NCBI GenBank assembly: GCA_964636355.1
Contig: CAZWRG010000002.1
Location: 32,746-96,745 of the forward strand
Direction: 5' to 3'
DNA length: 64,000 nucleotides
From: an uncultured Candidatus Saccharibacteria bacterium
GTDB taxonomy: Bacteria; Patescibacteriota; Saccharimonadia; Saccharimonadales; JAGQNK01
In this document: piece by piece, positions 41,056-49,225 of the stretch
Numbering within the stretch: the first letter of the stretch is position 1
Layout of the letters: each line of letters begins with the position of its first letter
The notes under the pieces: model-generated
Databases searched by the model: none
Told to the model about the DNA's origin: nothing
Seen by the model: only the letters and a program-made list of their open reading frames with translations
Translations under genes and position numbers: made by a program

Positions 41056-42240
41056 ATGGCAGATACATTTGACAGAAGCAAGCCGCACGTTAATGTCGGA
41101 ACCATGGGTCACGTTGACCACGGTAAGACTACTTTGACTGCTGCTATCACGACTGTACTTGCAAAGAAACTTCCAAGTGCAGTAAACAAAAAAGTTGACT
41201 ACGATCAGATCGACAACGCTCCAGAAGAGAAAGCTCGTGGTATCACGATTGCTACTTCTCACAACGAATACGAATCAGAAAAGCGCCATTATGCGCACGT
41301 TGACATGCCAGGTCACGCTGACTACGTTAAGAACATGATTACCGGTGCCGCTCAGGTTGACGGTGCAATCTTGGTTGTTAGCGCAGCTGACGGTCCTATG
41401 CCGCAGACACGTGAGCACGTTTTGCTTGCTAAGCAGGTTGGTGTGCCAAAAATTCTAGTATTTATGAACAAAATGGATCTTGCTGATCCAGAGCTTGTTG
41501 AGCTGGTTGAGATGGACATTCGTGAACTACTCGCAAAGAATGGTTTTGACGAAGACGCTCCAATCATCAAGGGCTCAGCTGTTAAGGCTCTTGAAGGCGA
41601 CGCAGCCAACGAAGACGCTATCATGGAGCTGGTTAAAGCTATGGACGATTACGTTCCAGAGCCAGTTCGTGACCTAGACAAGCCATTCTTGATGCCAATC
41701 GAAGACGTTTTCTCAATTAAAGGCCGTGGTACTGTGGCCACTGGTCGTATCGAGCAAGGTGTTGTTAACCTTAACGATGAAGTAGAAATCGTTGGTATCC
41801 GTGACACTAAGAAAACTGTTGTAACTGGTGTTGAAATGTTCAAGAAAATGCTTGATCGTGGCCAGGCTGGTGACAACGTAGGTATCTTGCTGCGTGGTAT
41901 CGAGCGCGACGACATCGAACGTGGTCAAGTGCTTTGTAAGCCAGGTTCTGTTACCCCGCACACCGAATTTGACGCTGAAGTTTATATTCTTACCAAAGAA
42001 GAGGGTGGACGACACACTCCATTCTTTAAGGGCTACAAGCCACAGTTCTACATCCGTACAACTGATGTAACTGGTGAAGTCGAACTTCCAGCCGACAAAG
42101 AAATGGTTATGCCAGGCGACACCGTAACCTTTAAGGTTAAGCTGTTGGCTCCAATTGCTATGGAACAAGGTCTAAACTTCGCTATTCGTGAAGGTGGCCG
42201 AACCGTTGGTGCTGGTGTTGTAACCAAAATCAACAAATAA
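41056..42240 (+). CDS. tuf: elongation factor Tu
   Basis: [32 protein letters not shown] and NKMD. Confidence 0.98.
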   Translation: MADTFDRSKPHVNVGTMGHVDHGKTTLTAAITTVLAKKLPSAVNKKVDYDQIDNAPEEKARGITIATSHNEYESEKRHYAHVDMPGHADYVKNMITGAAQVDGAILVVSAADGPMPQTREHVLLAKQVGVPKILVFMNKMDLADPELVELVEMDIRELLAKNGFDEDAPIIKGSAVKALEGDAANEDAIMELVKAMDDYVPEPVRDLDKPFLMPIEDVFSIKGRGTVATGRIEQGVVNLNDEVEIVGIRDTKKTVVTGVEMFKKMLDRGQAGDNVGILLRGIERDDIERGQVLCKPGSVTPHTEFDAEVYILTKEEGGRHTPFFKGYKPQFYIRTTDVTGEVELPADKEMVMPGDTVTFKVKLLAPIAMEQGLNFAIREGGRTVGAGVVTKINK

Positions 42241-42262
42241 TCGAAGACGATTATTGATTGCC

Positions 42263-42292
42263 GAAGAGCTGCTCCTTTAGGGGCGGCTCTTC
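42263..42292 (+). terminator. stem-loop after tuf
   Basis: gaagagctgc pairs with gcggctcttc, a 10-bp stem with one G-U pair. No clear T-run. Confidence 0.45.
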
Positions 42293-42324
42293 ACTATTCA
42301 TACCTACAGGTATAGAATGTAATT

Positions 42325-42567
42325 ATGCATCCCGGTGTTGTTTTCGAGCTTGAGCGGACAAAACAGCCAATCAAGGCAATTATTAGTCAAGCTCCGGAAG
42401 TTGTGGCAAATCAACACATTATGGTGCTAGTTGGGTTGATCCGGCTTAAACAGCTCAGGGCTGACAATTTTGTAGGCGCCGTAAGAATAAAATACGTCGA
42501 AAATCTTACGCATGATGAAATGAAGTATATCAATGACATGTCGCCACTTAATGACTCCGTTGAATAA
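42325..42567 (+). CDS. hypothetical 80-aa protein between tuf and rpsJ
   Basis: TAGAAT (42313-42318) lies 6 nt before the ATG, with no SD (leaderless geometry). No recognised motif. Confidence 0.4.
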   Translation: MHPGVVFELERTKQPIKAIISQAPEVVANQHIMVLVGLIRLKQLRADNFVGAVRIKYVENLTHDEMKYINDMSPLNDSVE

Positions 42568-42602
42568 CTAACCTAGCGTAACTCTAAAAATTAATTGAAT
42601 GC

Positions 42603-42631
42603 TTGGATAATCTTATTTATTGTTGTATAAT
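42603..42631 (+). promoter_or_regulatory. candidate promoter for rpsJ
   Basis: TTGGAT (42603-42608), N17, TATAAT (42626-42631). A ~160-nt structured leader follows. Confidence 0.55.
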
Positions 42632-42732
42632 CACTCCTGTAAATTAATCGTGGTGACTAAAAGTCGTCTGAATCGTTCTCTATAACGACCAGGAGATGTT
42701 ACACCACAAATTAGAAGATAGGAATTGGCAAA

Positions 42733-42756
42733 TGGAATTTAGAATTCTAAATTCCA
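42733..42756. repeat. 24-nt perfect palindrome in the rpsJ leader
   Basis: tggaatttagaattctaaattcca is its own reverse complement. Imperfect complementarity extends to ~42712-42780. Confidence 0.9.
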
Positions 42757-42798
42757 CAATCCATATTCCAAATTCTAGGACGACTGAAAGGAGTCAAG

Positions 42799-43152
42799 AT
42801 GGCAGAAGCAAAATCAACTAAGAAAGCTGAAGCTCCAGCAGCTAGCGGCAAGCAACGGATTAGAATCCGTCTAAAAGCTTATGATCACAAGGTCATTGAC
42901 CAATCCGCCAAGCAAATTATTGACACGGCGCTTAGAACCGGCGCTACGGTTGCCGGGCCAATTCCGCTGCCCACCAAGAAAACACTTTACACTGTCGTAA
43001 AAAGCCCTCACGTTTATAAAAAGGGTCGCGAACAGTTTGAAATGCGAGTTCACAAGCGCCTAATAGATGTTTTGGAGCCAACTCACAAGACAATCGATAG
43101 CTTGATGAATCTTAGCTTGCCAGCCGGATGCGATGCTGAAATCAAGATGTAG
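42799..43152 (+). CDS. rpsJ: 30S ribosomal protein S10 (N-terminally extended)
   Basis: [26 protein letters not shown]...GPIPLPT...[23 protein letters not shown]. Confidence 0.95.
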   Translation: MAEAKSTKKAEAPAASGKQRIRIRLKAYDHKVIDQSAKQIIDTALRTGATVAGPIPLPTKKTLYTVVKSPHVYKKGREQFEMRVHKRLIDVLEPTHKTIDSLMNLSLPAGCDAEIKM

Positions 43153-43172
43153 CCTACGATAAGCTCAAACTT

Positions 43173-43208
43173 AAAATCATCCATCCTTAACTGAATGGAT
43201 GATTTTTG
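43173..43208 (+). terminator. strong intrinsic terminator directly after rpsJ
   Basis: aaaatcatccat (43173-43184) pairs with atggatgatttt (43195-43206), 10-nt loop, T-run 43203-43207. Confidence 0.85.
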
Positions 43209-43225
43209 TTTAACATGTTATATTA

Positions 43226-43552
43226 ATGCTAATGGCTAAAAAACAAACATCTAAGCAAAAGAAAAAATCACCAGCTCGGCTGCGGCTAAGAAGCAGGGTT
43301 CGTAAAGAGCCACAAACTCCTGATGGGATTTATTTCTTAAAGCTGGTCATGTATCTAATTTTAGGCAGTTTATGGGTAAAAATTACTGATGGCAATACAG
43401 TTCAACTGCCAATACCAGTTGGGTTGTTGCTTGGTCTGGTATTTGCGGCTCATGATAAAGTTCAGCTCGATAAAAAAATCGGTTTTGCAATTCTACTGGT
43501 TGCCATGCTGGTCGGTTTTTGGGCCCCTTTTGGAATCTACATTGCTATTTAA
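43226..43552 (+). CDS. small membrane protein with Lys/Arg-rich N-terminus, inserted between rpsJ and rplC
   Basis: Three hydrophobic segments. An extended -10 TGtTATATT (43216-43224) lies 7 nt before the second ATG (43232), which may be the real, leaderless start. Confidence 0.55.
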   Translation: MLMAKKQTSKQKKKSPARLRLRSRVRKEPQTPDGIYFLKLVMYLILGSLWVKITDGNTVQLPIPVGLLLGLVFAAHDKVQLDKKIGFAILLVAMLVGFWAPFGIYIAI

Positions 43553-43575
43553 TCGAATGTAAAATAAACATCATA

Positions 43576-43605
43576 TTGACAGATGAGCTGGTTACATGCT
43601 AATCT
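43576..43605 (+). promoter_or_regulatory. candidate promoter for rplC and downstream S10-operon genes
   Basis: TTGACA (43576-43581), N18, TAATCT (43600-43605). Confidence 0.45.
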
Positions 43606-43630
43606 GTAACGGTCTATTAAATTTTCCAGA

Positions 43631-43705
43631 CTTGGTGAATGAGGTAGGTCTACAATTGTTCCACTATAGAACAGGGGTAGAAACCATCCATCACCAAGAA
43701 TTTTT
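43631..43705 (+). terminator. attenuator-like long-range stem plus T5 in the rplC leader
   Basis: cttggtga (43631-43638) pairs with tcaccaag (43691-43698), enclosing ~50 nt, followed by aattttt (T-run 43701-43705). Confidence 0.35.
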
Positions 43706-43749
43706 GTGTCATGGGACCAAAATTCTGGAGTAAAAAAGTAAAGGTTGCT

Positions 43750-44364
43750 ATGAAAGCATTAATTACAAGAAAGGTTGGCATGACCAGTACCATTGGTGAA
43801 GATGGTGTGGTGGCTGCTGTTACCTTGCTTTCCGCTAGTCCTTGCGTCATTACGCAAGTTAAGACCGATGAGATTGACGGCTACACAGCTGTCCAGATCG
43901 GCACCGAAGAGGCTAAAAACATGGGCAAGACTCAGGCTGGTCACTTCAAAAAATCAAAAGTTCAACCGAAGGTTGTTCGCGAAGTCCGAGTTGCTGAGAT
44001 TGACGAATCTTTGAAGGTCGGCGAATCAATCAATGTTGACACATTTGCTACTGGCGATGTTGTGTCAGTAACTGCCAACAGTAAAGGTAAGGGTTGGGCC
44101 GGCACAATTAAACGGCATAATTTTCACCGTCAGCGCAAAACTCATGGTGGAAAAGGAAATACTCGAAAACCAGGTTCAATTGGTTCAATGTATCCGCAGC
44201 ATATCTTAAAAGGTAAAAAGATGGCCGGCCAAATGGGCGCCGAACAAGTTACCGTCCGAAACCTAAAAGTTGCCTTTGTTGATCCCGAGTTAGGCATTAT
44301 TGGAGTTACCGGTGCTGTGCCTGGGCCTCGAAAAGGTATTGTTTTGATCAAGGAGGCCAAATAA
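43750..44364 (+). CDS. rplC: 50S ribosomal protein L3
   Basis: MKALITRKVGMTS...; start trimmed from 43711. GKGWAGTIKRHNF motif present. Confidence 0.95.
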   Translation: MKALITRKVGMTSTIGEDGVVAAVTLLSASPCVITQVKTDEIDGYTAVQIGTEEAKNMGKTQAGHFKKSKVQPKVVREVRVAEIDESLKVGESINVDTFATGDVVSVTANSKGKGWAGTIKRHNFHRQRKTHGGKGNTRKPGSIGSMYPQHILKGKKMAGQMGAEQVTVRNLKVAFVDPELGIIGVTGAVPGPRKGIVLIKEAK

Positions 44365-44468
44365 TGTTTCGTTTCACTCAACATCAGTCTCCAGTCTCCA
44401 GTCTCCAGTCTCTTGCGACTAGTGACAGGCGACTAGCGACTAAAACCGACCAAGGGGAGGTTTTGTAA
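44364..44468 (+). other. rplC-rplD spacer module: heptamer tandem repeats, also a 34-codon ORF bounded by TAATG at both ends
   Basis: 4x CAGTCTC (44385-44412), then CGACTAG-type heptamers (44416-44443). The ATG at 44364 shares A with the rplC TAA. The TAA at 44466-44468 shares A with the rplD ATG. Translation: MFRFTQHQSPVSSLQSLATSDRRLATKTDQGEVL. Confidence 0.6.
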
Positions 44469-45136
44469 TGGCAATAGCTACTTATACTAAAAGCGGTACC
44501 AAAGCCACAACCGCTGCGAAGCTTGATAAAAGCGTCTTTGGGGTTGCTGCTCAGAATCATCAATTATTAAAAAATGCATATCAGGCTTATTTGAATAACG
44601 GTCGCGGTAACTTTGCTCAAACCAAAAAGCGCGGCGAAGTTCGTGGTGGTGGCCGCAAGCCCTGGAAACAAAAAGGCACCGGCCGAGCTCGATTTGGTTC
44701 GATTCGTACTCCAATCTGGCGAGGTGGTGGTATAACTTTTGGCCCAACTGGCAATGAAAACTACAGCCACAAACTGAATGTTTCAGCTAAGCGCCAAGCA
44801 GTTCGACAAGCTCTAAGTCTGGCAGCTGATAAAGGCAAGATCATTGTTATTGAAGATCTAAAGATCAAAGATAACAAAACCGCTGAAGCATCTAAGTTGT
44901 TTAATAAGATTGGCATTAGTAGAAATGCTCTGGTGGTCGTCGCTGATAAGACAGAAGACTTGGTGAAATCAACCAGAAATCTTCAAAATATCAGCTTGGT
45001 CCAGGCTCGCTATCTGAATGTTTTTGACGTGTTAAATGCTGATCACATTGTTTTAACTAACGAGGCTCTAAAAGCTATCAGTGATTGGCTAGGCGCTAAA
45101 ACTGCCGCTGCTAAGAGTAAAGAGGGAGAAAAATAA
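44468..45136 (+). CDS. rplD: 50S ribosomal protein L4
   Basis: [36 protein letters not shown]. Confidence 0.95.
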   Translation: MAIATYTKSGTKATTAAKLDKSVFGVAAQNHQLLKNAYQAYLNNGRGNFAQTKKRGEVRGGGRKPWKQKGTGRARFGSIRTPIWRGGGITFGPTGNENYSHKLNVSAKRQAVRQALSLAADKGKIIVIEDLKIKDNKTAEASKLFNKIGISRNALVVVADKTEDLVKSTRNLQNISLVQARYLNVFDVLNADHIVLTNEALKAISDWLGAKTAAAKSKEGEK

Positions 45137-45471
45137 TGGATAAGACTCTTGTACTTAAGCCGCGGGTCAGCGAGAAGGCTTATGGAATGAGCCAAGGAGA
45201 CGTCTATGTTTTTATGGTTCCAAAATCAGCCAGCAAACCGGCAATTGCCAGCGCTGTTAAGGCTCAGTTTGATGTAACTGTCACCGATGTAAATACAGTT
45301 GTAGTCAAGGGCAAAGCTAAGCGTACTATCAGAAAAGGCGGTCGACCAGTAATGGGCCGGCAGAGTGACTTTAAGAAAGCTTATGTGACCTTGAAAGAGG
45401 GTGATTCAATCACTGTTTTTGCGGCTGAAGATGATAACTCATCTAAGTCGACCAAAAAGGAGACTAAATAA
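45136..45471 (+). CDS. rplW: 50S ribosomal protein L23
   Basis: Operon position, L23-like sequence (LKPRVSEKAY...) and TAATG junctions on both sides. Confidence 0.9.
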   Translation: MDKTLVLKPRVSEKAYGMSQGDVYVFMVPKSASKPAIASAVKAQFDVTVTDVNTVVVKGKAKRTIRKGGRPVMGRQSDFKKAYVTLKEGDSITVFAAEDDNSSKSTKKETK

Positions 45472-46307
45472 TGGCCATTAAACAATACAAACCAACCACT
45501 CCAGGCCGACGTGGCATGACATCTCAGGATATGAGTGCTATCACTACAAAGAAGCCTCTGAAATCGCTGACTGTCATCAAGAAAAAGCACTCTGGTCGTA
45601 ACAATCAGGGGCGAATCACAACTCGTCATCGTGGCGGCGGCGTTCGTAAGTTTTACCGAATTATGAACTTTGGTCTACCTGCCGACACAACTGCAACCAT
45701 TGAACACATTGAATATGATCCAAACCGCAGCGCCCGAATTGCAAGAATTAAAGACCAGGCTGGCAAGTATCACTACATCCTTGCTTCAAAAGGTATGACT
45801 GTTGGTCAAAAAATCGTCAGCGGTGAAGAAGCACCTATCGAAAACGGCAATCGCCTGCCACTGAAGAACATTCCGGTTGGTAGCGTTATACATTCTATTG
45901 AGCTGCAGCCAGGTAAGGGCGGCCAAATTGTTCGCTCAGCTGGAGCCAGCGCTCAGCTTATGGCCAAAGAAGGTAACTACGCTCAGATCAAATTGCCGAG
46001 TGGTGAAGTTAGATTGGTAAACGTCAACTGTACAGCTAGTTTGGGATCAGTTGGTAATGAGCAGCATCAGAATATTAAAGTTGGTAAAGCCGGTCGTAAT
46101 CGTCGGAAAGGTATTCGTCCTGGTGTTCGTGGTGTAGTTATGAACGCAGCTGATCACCCGCACGGTGGTGGTGATGGTGGTCGTCACCGAATGGCCCGCG
46201 CGCCGGTCACCCCATGGGGTCAAAAGACTCTTGGCTTTAAGACCCGCCGACGCAAGAGCACATCTAATATGATTGTCCGAACCAGACATCAGGCGAAGAG
46301 GAAATAA
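45471..46307 (+). CDS. rplB: 50S ribosomal protein L2
   Basis: GRNNQGRITTRHRGGG and MNAADHPHGGG. Confidence 0.97.
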   Translation: MAIKQYKPTTPGRRGMTSQDMSAITTKKPLKSLTVIKKKHSGRNNQGRITTRHRGGGVRKFYRIMNFGLPADTTATIEHIEYDPNRSARIARIKDQAGKYHYILASKGMTVGQKIVSGEEAPIENGNRLPLKNIPVGSVIHSIELQPGKGGQIVRSAGASAQLMAKEGNYAQIKLPSGEVRLVNVNCTASLGSVGNEQHQNIKVGKAGRNRRKGIRPGVRGVVMNAADHPHGGGDGGRHRMARAPVTPWGQKTLGFKTRRRKSTSNMIVRTRHQAKRK

Positions 46308-46319
46308 GGAGCATATAAG

Positions 46320-46592
46320 ATGAGTAGATCACTGAAGAAAGGTCCATTTATTGATCCTAAGCTGGCTAAAAAAGTAGCCGCTTTAGGAGCTGAGGACCGC
46401 ACAATTATTAAGACCTGGGCCCGCGGGTCTACAATTCCGCCGGAATTTGTGGGTCGCACAATAGCTGTTCATAACGGTAAGGTTCATGTGCCAGTATTTA
46501 TCACAGAAAACATGGTTGGTCACAAACTCGGTGAGTTTAGCCCAACCCGTAAATTCCGCAAGCATGGCGGTAAGTTAGCGAAAGGTAAATAA
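46320..46592 (+). CDS. rpsS: 30S ribosomal protein S19
   Basis: [15 protein letters not shown]...[26 protein letters not shown]. Confidence 0.97.
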   Translation: MSRSLKKGPFIDPKLAKKVAALGAEDRTIIKTWARGSTIPPEFVGRTIAVHNGKVHVPVFITENMVGHKLGEFSPTRKFRKHGGKLAKGK

Positions 46593-46594
46593 TA

Positions 46595-46699
46595 ATGGAA
46601 TTTAGAATATCGAATATGGAATTTAGAATGGGCTTCAATGAAGCTATTCCAACTTCTAACTTCCAGCATCTAACTTCTGCGACTGGAAGGAGCATCTAA
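46595..46699 (+). other. rpsS-rplV spacer module: GGAATTTAGAAT repeats and pyrimidine-rich arm, also a 34-codon ORF ending in TAATG
   Basis: ATGGAATTTAGAAT occurs at 46595-46608 and 46616-46629. Central hairpin gcttc-aat-gaagc lies at 46632-46644. The stop TAA (46697-46699) overlaps the rplV ATG. Translation: MEFRISNMEFRMGFNEAIPTSNFQHLTSATGRSI. Confidence 0.6.
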
Positions 46700-47091
46700 T
46701 GGCAGTTAAAGCAATTGCAAAAGGTGTTCGCATGAGCCCACGCAAAGTTGGTGTGGTTGCTGCATTGGTGCGCGGTAAATCAGTGGCTGACGCATTGACA
46801 ATTTTAGAGCACACTCCGCGACGGGCAGCTGAACCAGTTAAAAAGGTCATTGAGAGTGCTCGGGCTAACGCTGATCACAATCATAACTATAAGGCAGATT
46901 CCTTGGTGATCACCTCAATTAGCGTCACTCCGGGCGCTAGAATCAAGCGATATCGTCCAGCGGCTCATGGCCGAGCATTGCCTTTCATGCGCCGAACATC
47001 GCATATTTTTGTAGCGGTTGATGGCGAACAGCGTGCACCAAAGAAGCCAGCTTCTAAGAAGACCGAAGCCAAGAAAGAGGAGGCCAAGTAA
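46699..47091 (+). CDS. rplV: 50S ribosomal protein L22
   Basis: RMSPRKVGVVAALVRGKSVADALTILEHTP. Confidence 0.95.
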   Translation: MAVKAIAKGVRMSPRKVGVVAALVRGKSVADALTILEHTPRRAAEPVKKVIESARANADHNHNYKADSLVITSISVTPGARIKRYRPAAHGRALPFMRRTSHIFVAVDGEQRAPKKPASKKTEAKKEEAK

Positions 47092-47285
47092 TGGGTTTGT
47101 ATGGAAAAGAATTCTGGTCTGCTGAAATGGATGCAGCTTTGGTAAATGAAAAAGTTAACAGCGCATTTAGTCAGACTTTCAATAAGGATGACAGGGGAGA
47201 GCAGCCCGACAGTCTGGCTCTGCCAGCTGACGGCGCGCTGAGAGGGGATGTTCCCCTCTCAGGAACCGAACGGAGTGAGGTGTAG
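47091..47285 (+). CDS. 64-codon ORF inserted between rplV and rpsC (coding status uncertain; contains an 11-bp hairpin)
   Basis: The ATG overlaps the rplV stop (TAATG), and the stop lies 2 nt before the rpsC ATG. Perfect hairpin ctgagagggga-tgt-tcccctctcag at 47238-47262. Confidence 0.4.
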   Translation: MGLYGKEFWSAEMDAALVNEKVNSAFSQTFNKDDRGEQPDSLALPADGALRGDVPLSGTERSEV

Positions 47286-47287
47286 TT

Positions 47288-47920
47288 ATGGGACAAAAAG
47301 TTAATCCAATTTCAATGCGTCTCCAGGTCAATAAGAACTGGCGAAGCAAGTGGTTCGCAAACAAGCGTGAATACGCTAAGTTTTTGACCCAAGATCTAAA
47401 GGTTAGAAAATTGCTGCAGGATAAAATCGGTAGTCGCGGCGCAATCAACAAGATTGACATTGAGCGTTCACCAAATCTTGTTTCTGTAACCGTAACTACT
47501 GCTAAGGCCGGTGTTGTGATTGGCCGAGGCGGCGCCGGAGTTCAAGAGCTTAAAACAGCCATTGAAAAGATTTACGGTATTCCAGTGCGTGTCAACATCG
47601 AGGAAATTAAAAAACCTGAACTATACGCTAAGTTGGTTGCTGAAAACATTGCTCATCAGCTGGAACGCCGAATTGCTTTCAGACGAGCTACCAAACAAGC
47701 GGCTGCCGCAACCATGCGAGCTGGTGCGAAAGGTATTCGTATTGAAGTAGCTGGTCGTTTGGGTGGAGCAGAAATGTCGCGCCGCGAAAAAATCGTTGAA
47801 GGCTCCGTGCCACTTCACACCCTGCGAGCAGACATTGATTACCACGCCGCCAGAGCTCGTTATCCTGGCTCCGGTATCATCGGCGTTAAAGTATGGATCT
47901 ATAAAGGGGAGGTAGAATAA
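47288..47920 (+). CDS. rpsC: 30S ribosomal protein S3
   Basis: [12 protein letters not shown]..., KH domain and [10 protein letters not shown]. Confidence 0.97.
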   Translation: MGQKVNPISMRLQVNKNWRSKWFANKREYAKFLTQDLKVRKLLQDKIGSRGAINKIDIERSPNLVSVTVTTAKAGVVIGRGGAGVQELKTAIEKIYGIPVRVNIEEIKKPELYAKLVAENIAHQLERRIAFRRATKQAAAATMRAGAKGIRIEVAGRLGGAEMSRREKIVEGSVPLHTLRADIDYHAARARYPGSGIIGVKVWIYKGEVE

Positions 47921-47921
47921 G

Positions 47922-48335
47922 ATGTTAATGCCGAACCGAACTAAACACCGCAAGGTCTTTAAAGGCCGAGTCCGCGGACCAGCCACCTCTGGTAATACAA
48001 TCGCTTTTGGTCAATACGCTTTGCAAGCCCAGGGTCACGAGAGAATCACTTCTCGTCAGATTGAATCAGCTCGTCAAGCAATGACTCGCTACGTTAAGCG
48101 TGGCGGTAAAATTTGGATTAGAATTTTCCCTCACACGCCTGTTAGCCGAAAGGCTCTCGGTACAAAAATGGGTAGTGGTAAGGGAAATCCGGAATTCTTT
48201 GTAGCCAAAGTTAGACCTGGAACCATTATGTTTGAAATGCAAGGAGTTCCAGAAGAAGTAGCCCGCGAGGCAATGCGCCTGGCAGCGCACAAGCTACCTA
48301 TCAAGACAAAATTCTTGGTTAAGGAGGACGCATAA
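47922..48335 (+). CDS. rplP: 50S ribosomal protein L16
   Basis: [16 protein letters not shown]...RMGSGKG-type motif ([10 protein letters not shown]). Confidence 0.97.
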   Translation: MLMPNRTKHRKVFKGRVRGPATSGNTIAFGQYALQAQGHERITSRQIESARQAMTRYVKRGGKIWIRIFPHTPVSRKALGTKMGSGKGNPEFFVAKVRPGTIMFEMQGVPEEVAREAMRLAAHKLPIKTKFLVKEDA

Positions 48336-48535
48336 TGAAAATTGTTGACATTCGTAAATTATCAACCGCTGAGCTAACTGTTGAAAGCACAAAGCTCCGC
48401 GAGGAAATTGCTGAACTGAAGCGTCGTCTGCACATGGGTGAAGTAAGTAACGTCAGAGTAATTCGTGAAAAGCGCAAAGATCTTGCCCGCATTTTGACAG
48501 TCCTAAGTGAACAATTAATTAAGGAGACCGTGTAA
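48335..48535 (+). CDS. rpmC: 50S ribosomal protein L29
   Basis: Operon position, 66 aa, LREEIAELKRRL pattern. Confidence 0.9.
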   Translation: MKIVDIRKLSTAELTVESTKLREEIAELKRRLHMGEVSNVRVIREKRKDLARILTVLSEQLIKETV

Positions 48536-48855
48536 TGGCAAGAACAATTACTGGCGTGGTTTCCTCTGACAAGGCCGACAAGACAATTGTTGTCGCCGTG
48601 ACCACCAGAAAAACCCACCCGCTTTACAAAAAGCAATACACTTCAACCAAGAAGTTCATGGCTCATGATGAAAACAACGAAGCCCACACTGGTGACCGAG
48701 TTTTAATCAGTGAGACTAGACCACTCAGTGCCCGCAAGCGCTTCAAACTGGAAAAAGTTTTAGAAAAAGCAGCGATTACACACGTTGAAGAAATTGATCC
48801 AGAAGTCGCTGAAGTTGTAGGCGCGAATAAAGAAGAAGCCGAGGAGGACAAATAG
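48535..48855 (+). CDS. rpsQ: 30S ribosomal protein S17 with acidic tail
   Basis: [29 protein letters not shown]. Confidence 0.95.
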   Translation: MARTITGVVSSDKADKTIVVAVTTRKTHPLYKKQYTSTKKFMAHDENNEAHTGDRVLISETRPLSARKRFKLEKVLEKAAITHVEEIDPEVAEVVGANKEEAEEDK

Positions 48856-48856
48856 T

Positions 48857-49225
48857 ATGATTCAAAAAGAATCCCGACTGATTGTCTGTGATAACTCAGG
48901 CGCCAAAGAAATTCTTTGCATTCAGGTGCTTGGTGGAACCCGCAAACGATACGCCCGTGTTGGTGACGTTATCGTGGCGACCGTTAAGCAAGCCAGCCCA
49001 ACCGGAACAGTCAAGAAAAAGACTGTTGTGCGTGCTGTTGTGGTCCGAACTCGCGATGCAATTCGCCGAAAAGATGGTTCTACGATTAGCTTTGACGATA
49101 ACGCAGCCGTCATAATTGGCGATGATAAAAATCCTAAAGCCACTCGTATTTTTGGGCCAGTTCCCAGAGAGCTTCGAGATCTGGGCTACAGCAAGATTAT
49201 TAGCCTTGCGCCGGAGGTACTGTAA
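48857..49225 (+). CDS. rplN: 50S ribosomal protein L14
   Basis: [18 protein letters not shown]...[10 protein letters not shown]. Confidence 0.97.
   Translation: MIQKESRLIVCDNSGAKEILCIQVLGGTRKRYARVGDVIVATVKQASPTGTVKKKTVVRAVVVRTRDAIRRKDGSTISFDDNAAVIIGDDKNPKATRIFGPVPRELRDLGYSKIISLAPEVL

Noticed and set aside
41713-42168. 151-aa ORF on the minus strand, plus other minus-strand ORFs at 41352-41624, 41649-41915 and 42048-42236
   Set aside because: It lies entirely antisense to tuf, whose plus-strand reading is unambiguous (the EF-Tu G-domain motifs). It is a typical shadow ORF of a highly biased gene.
44385-44443. Possible CRISPR or mini-array, given the regular repeats
   Set aside because: The repeat unit is only 7 nt with no unique spacers, no leader and no cas genes. 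It is a short-period tandem repeat inside an operon spacer.
47621-47986. 121-aa minus-strand ORF, with similar ones at 48319-48636, 50816-51106 and 50872-51213
   Set aside because: These are antisense to rpsC/rplP, rpmC/rpsQ and rplF respectively. They have no start context and no recognisable motif, so they are shadow ORFs.
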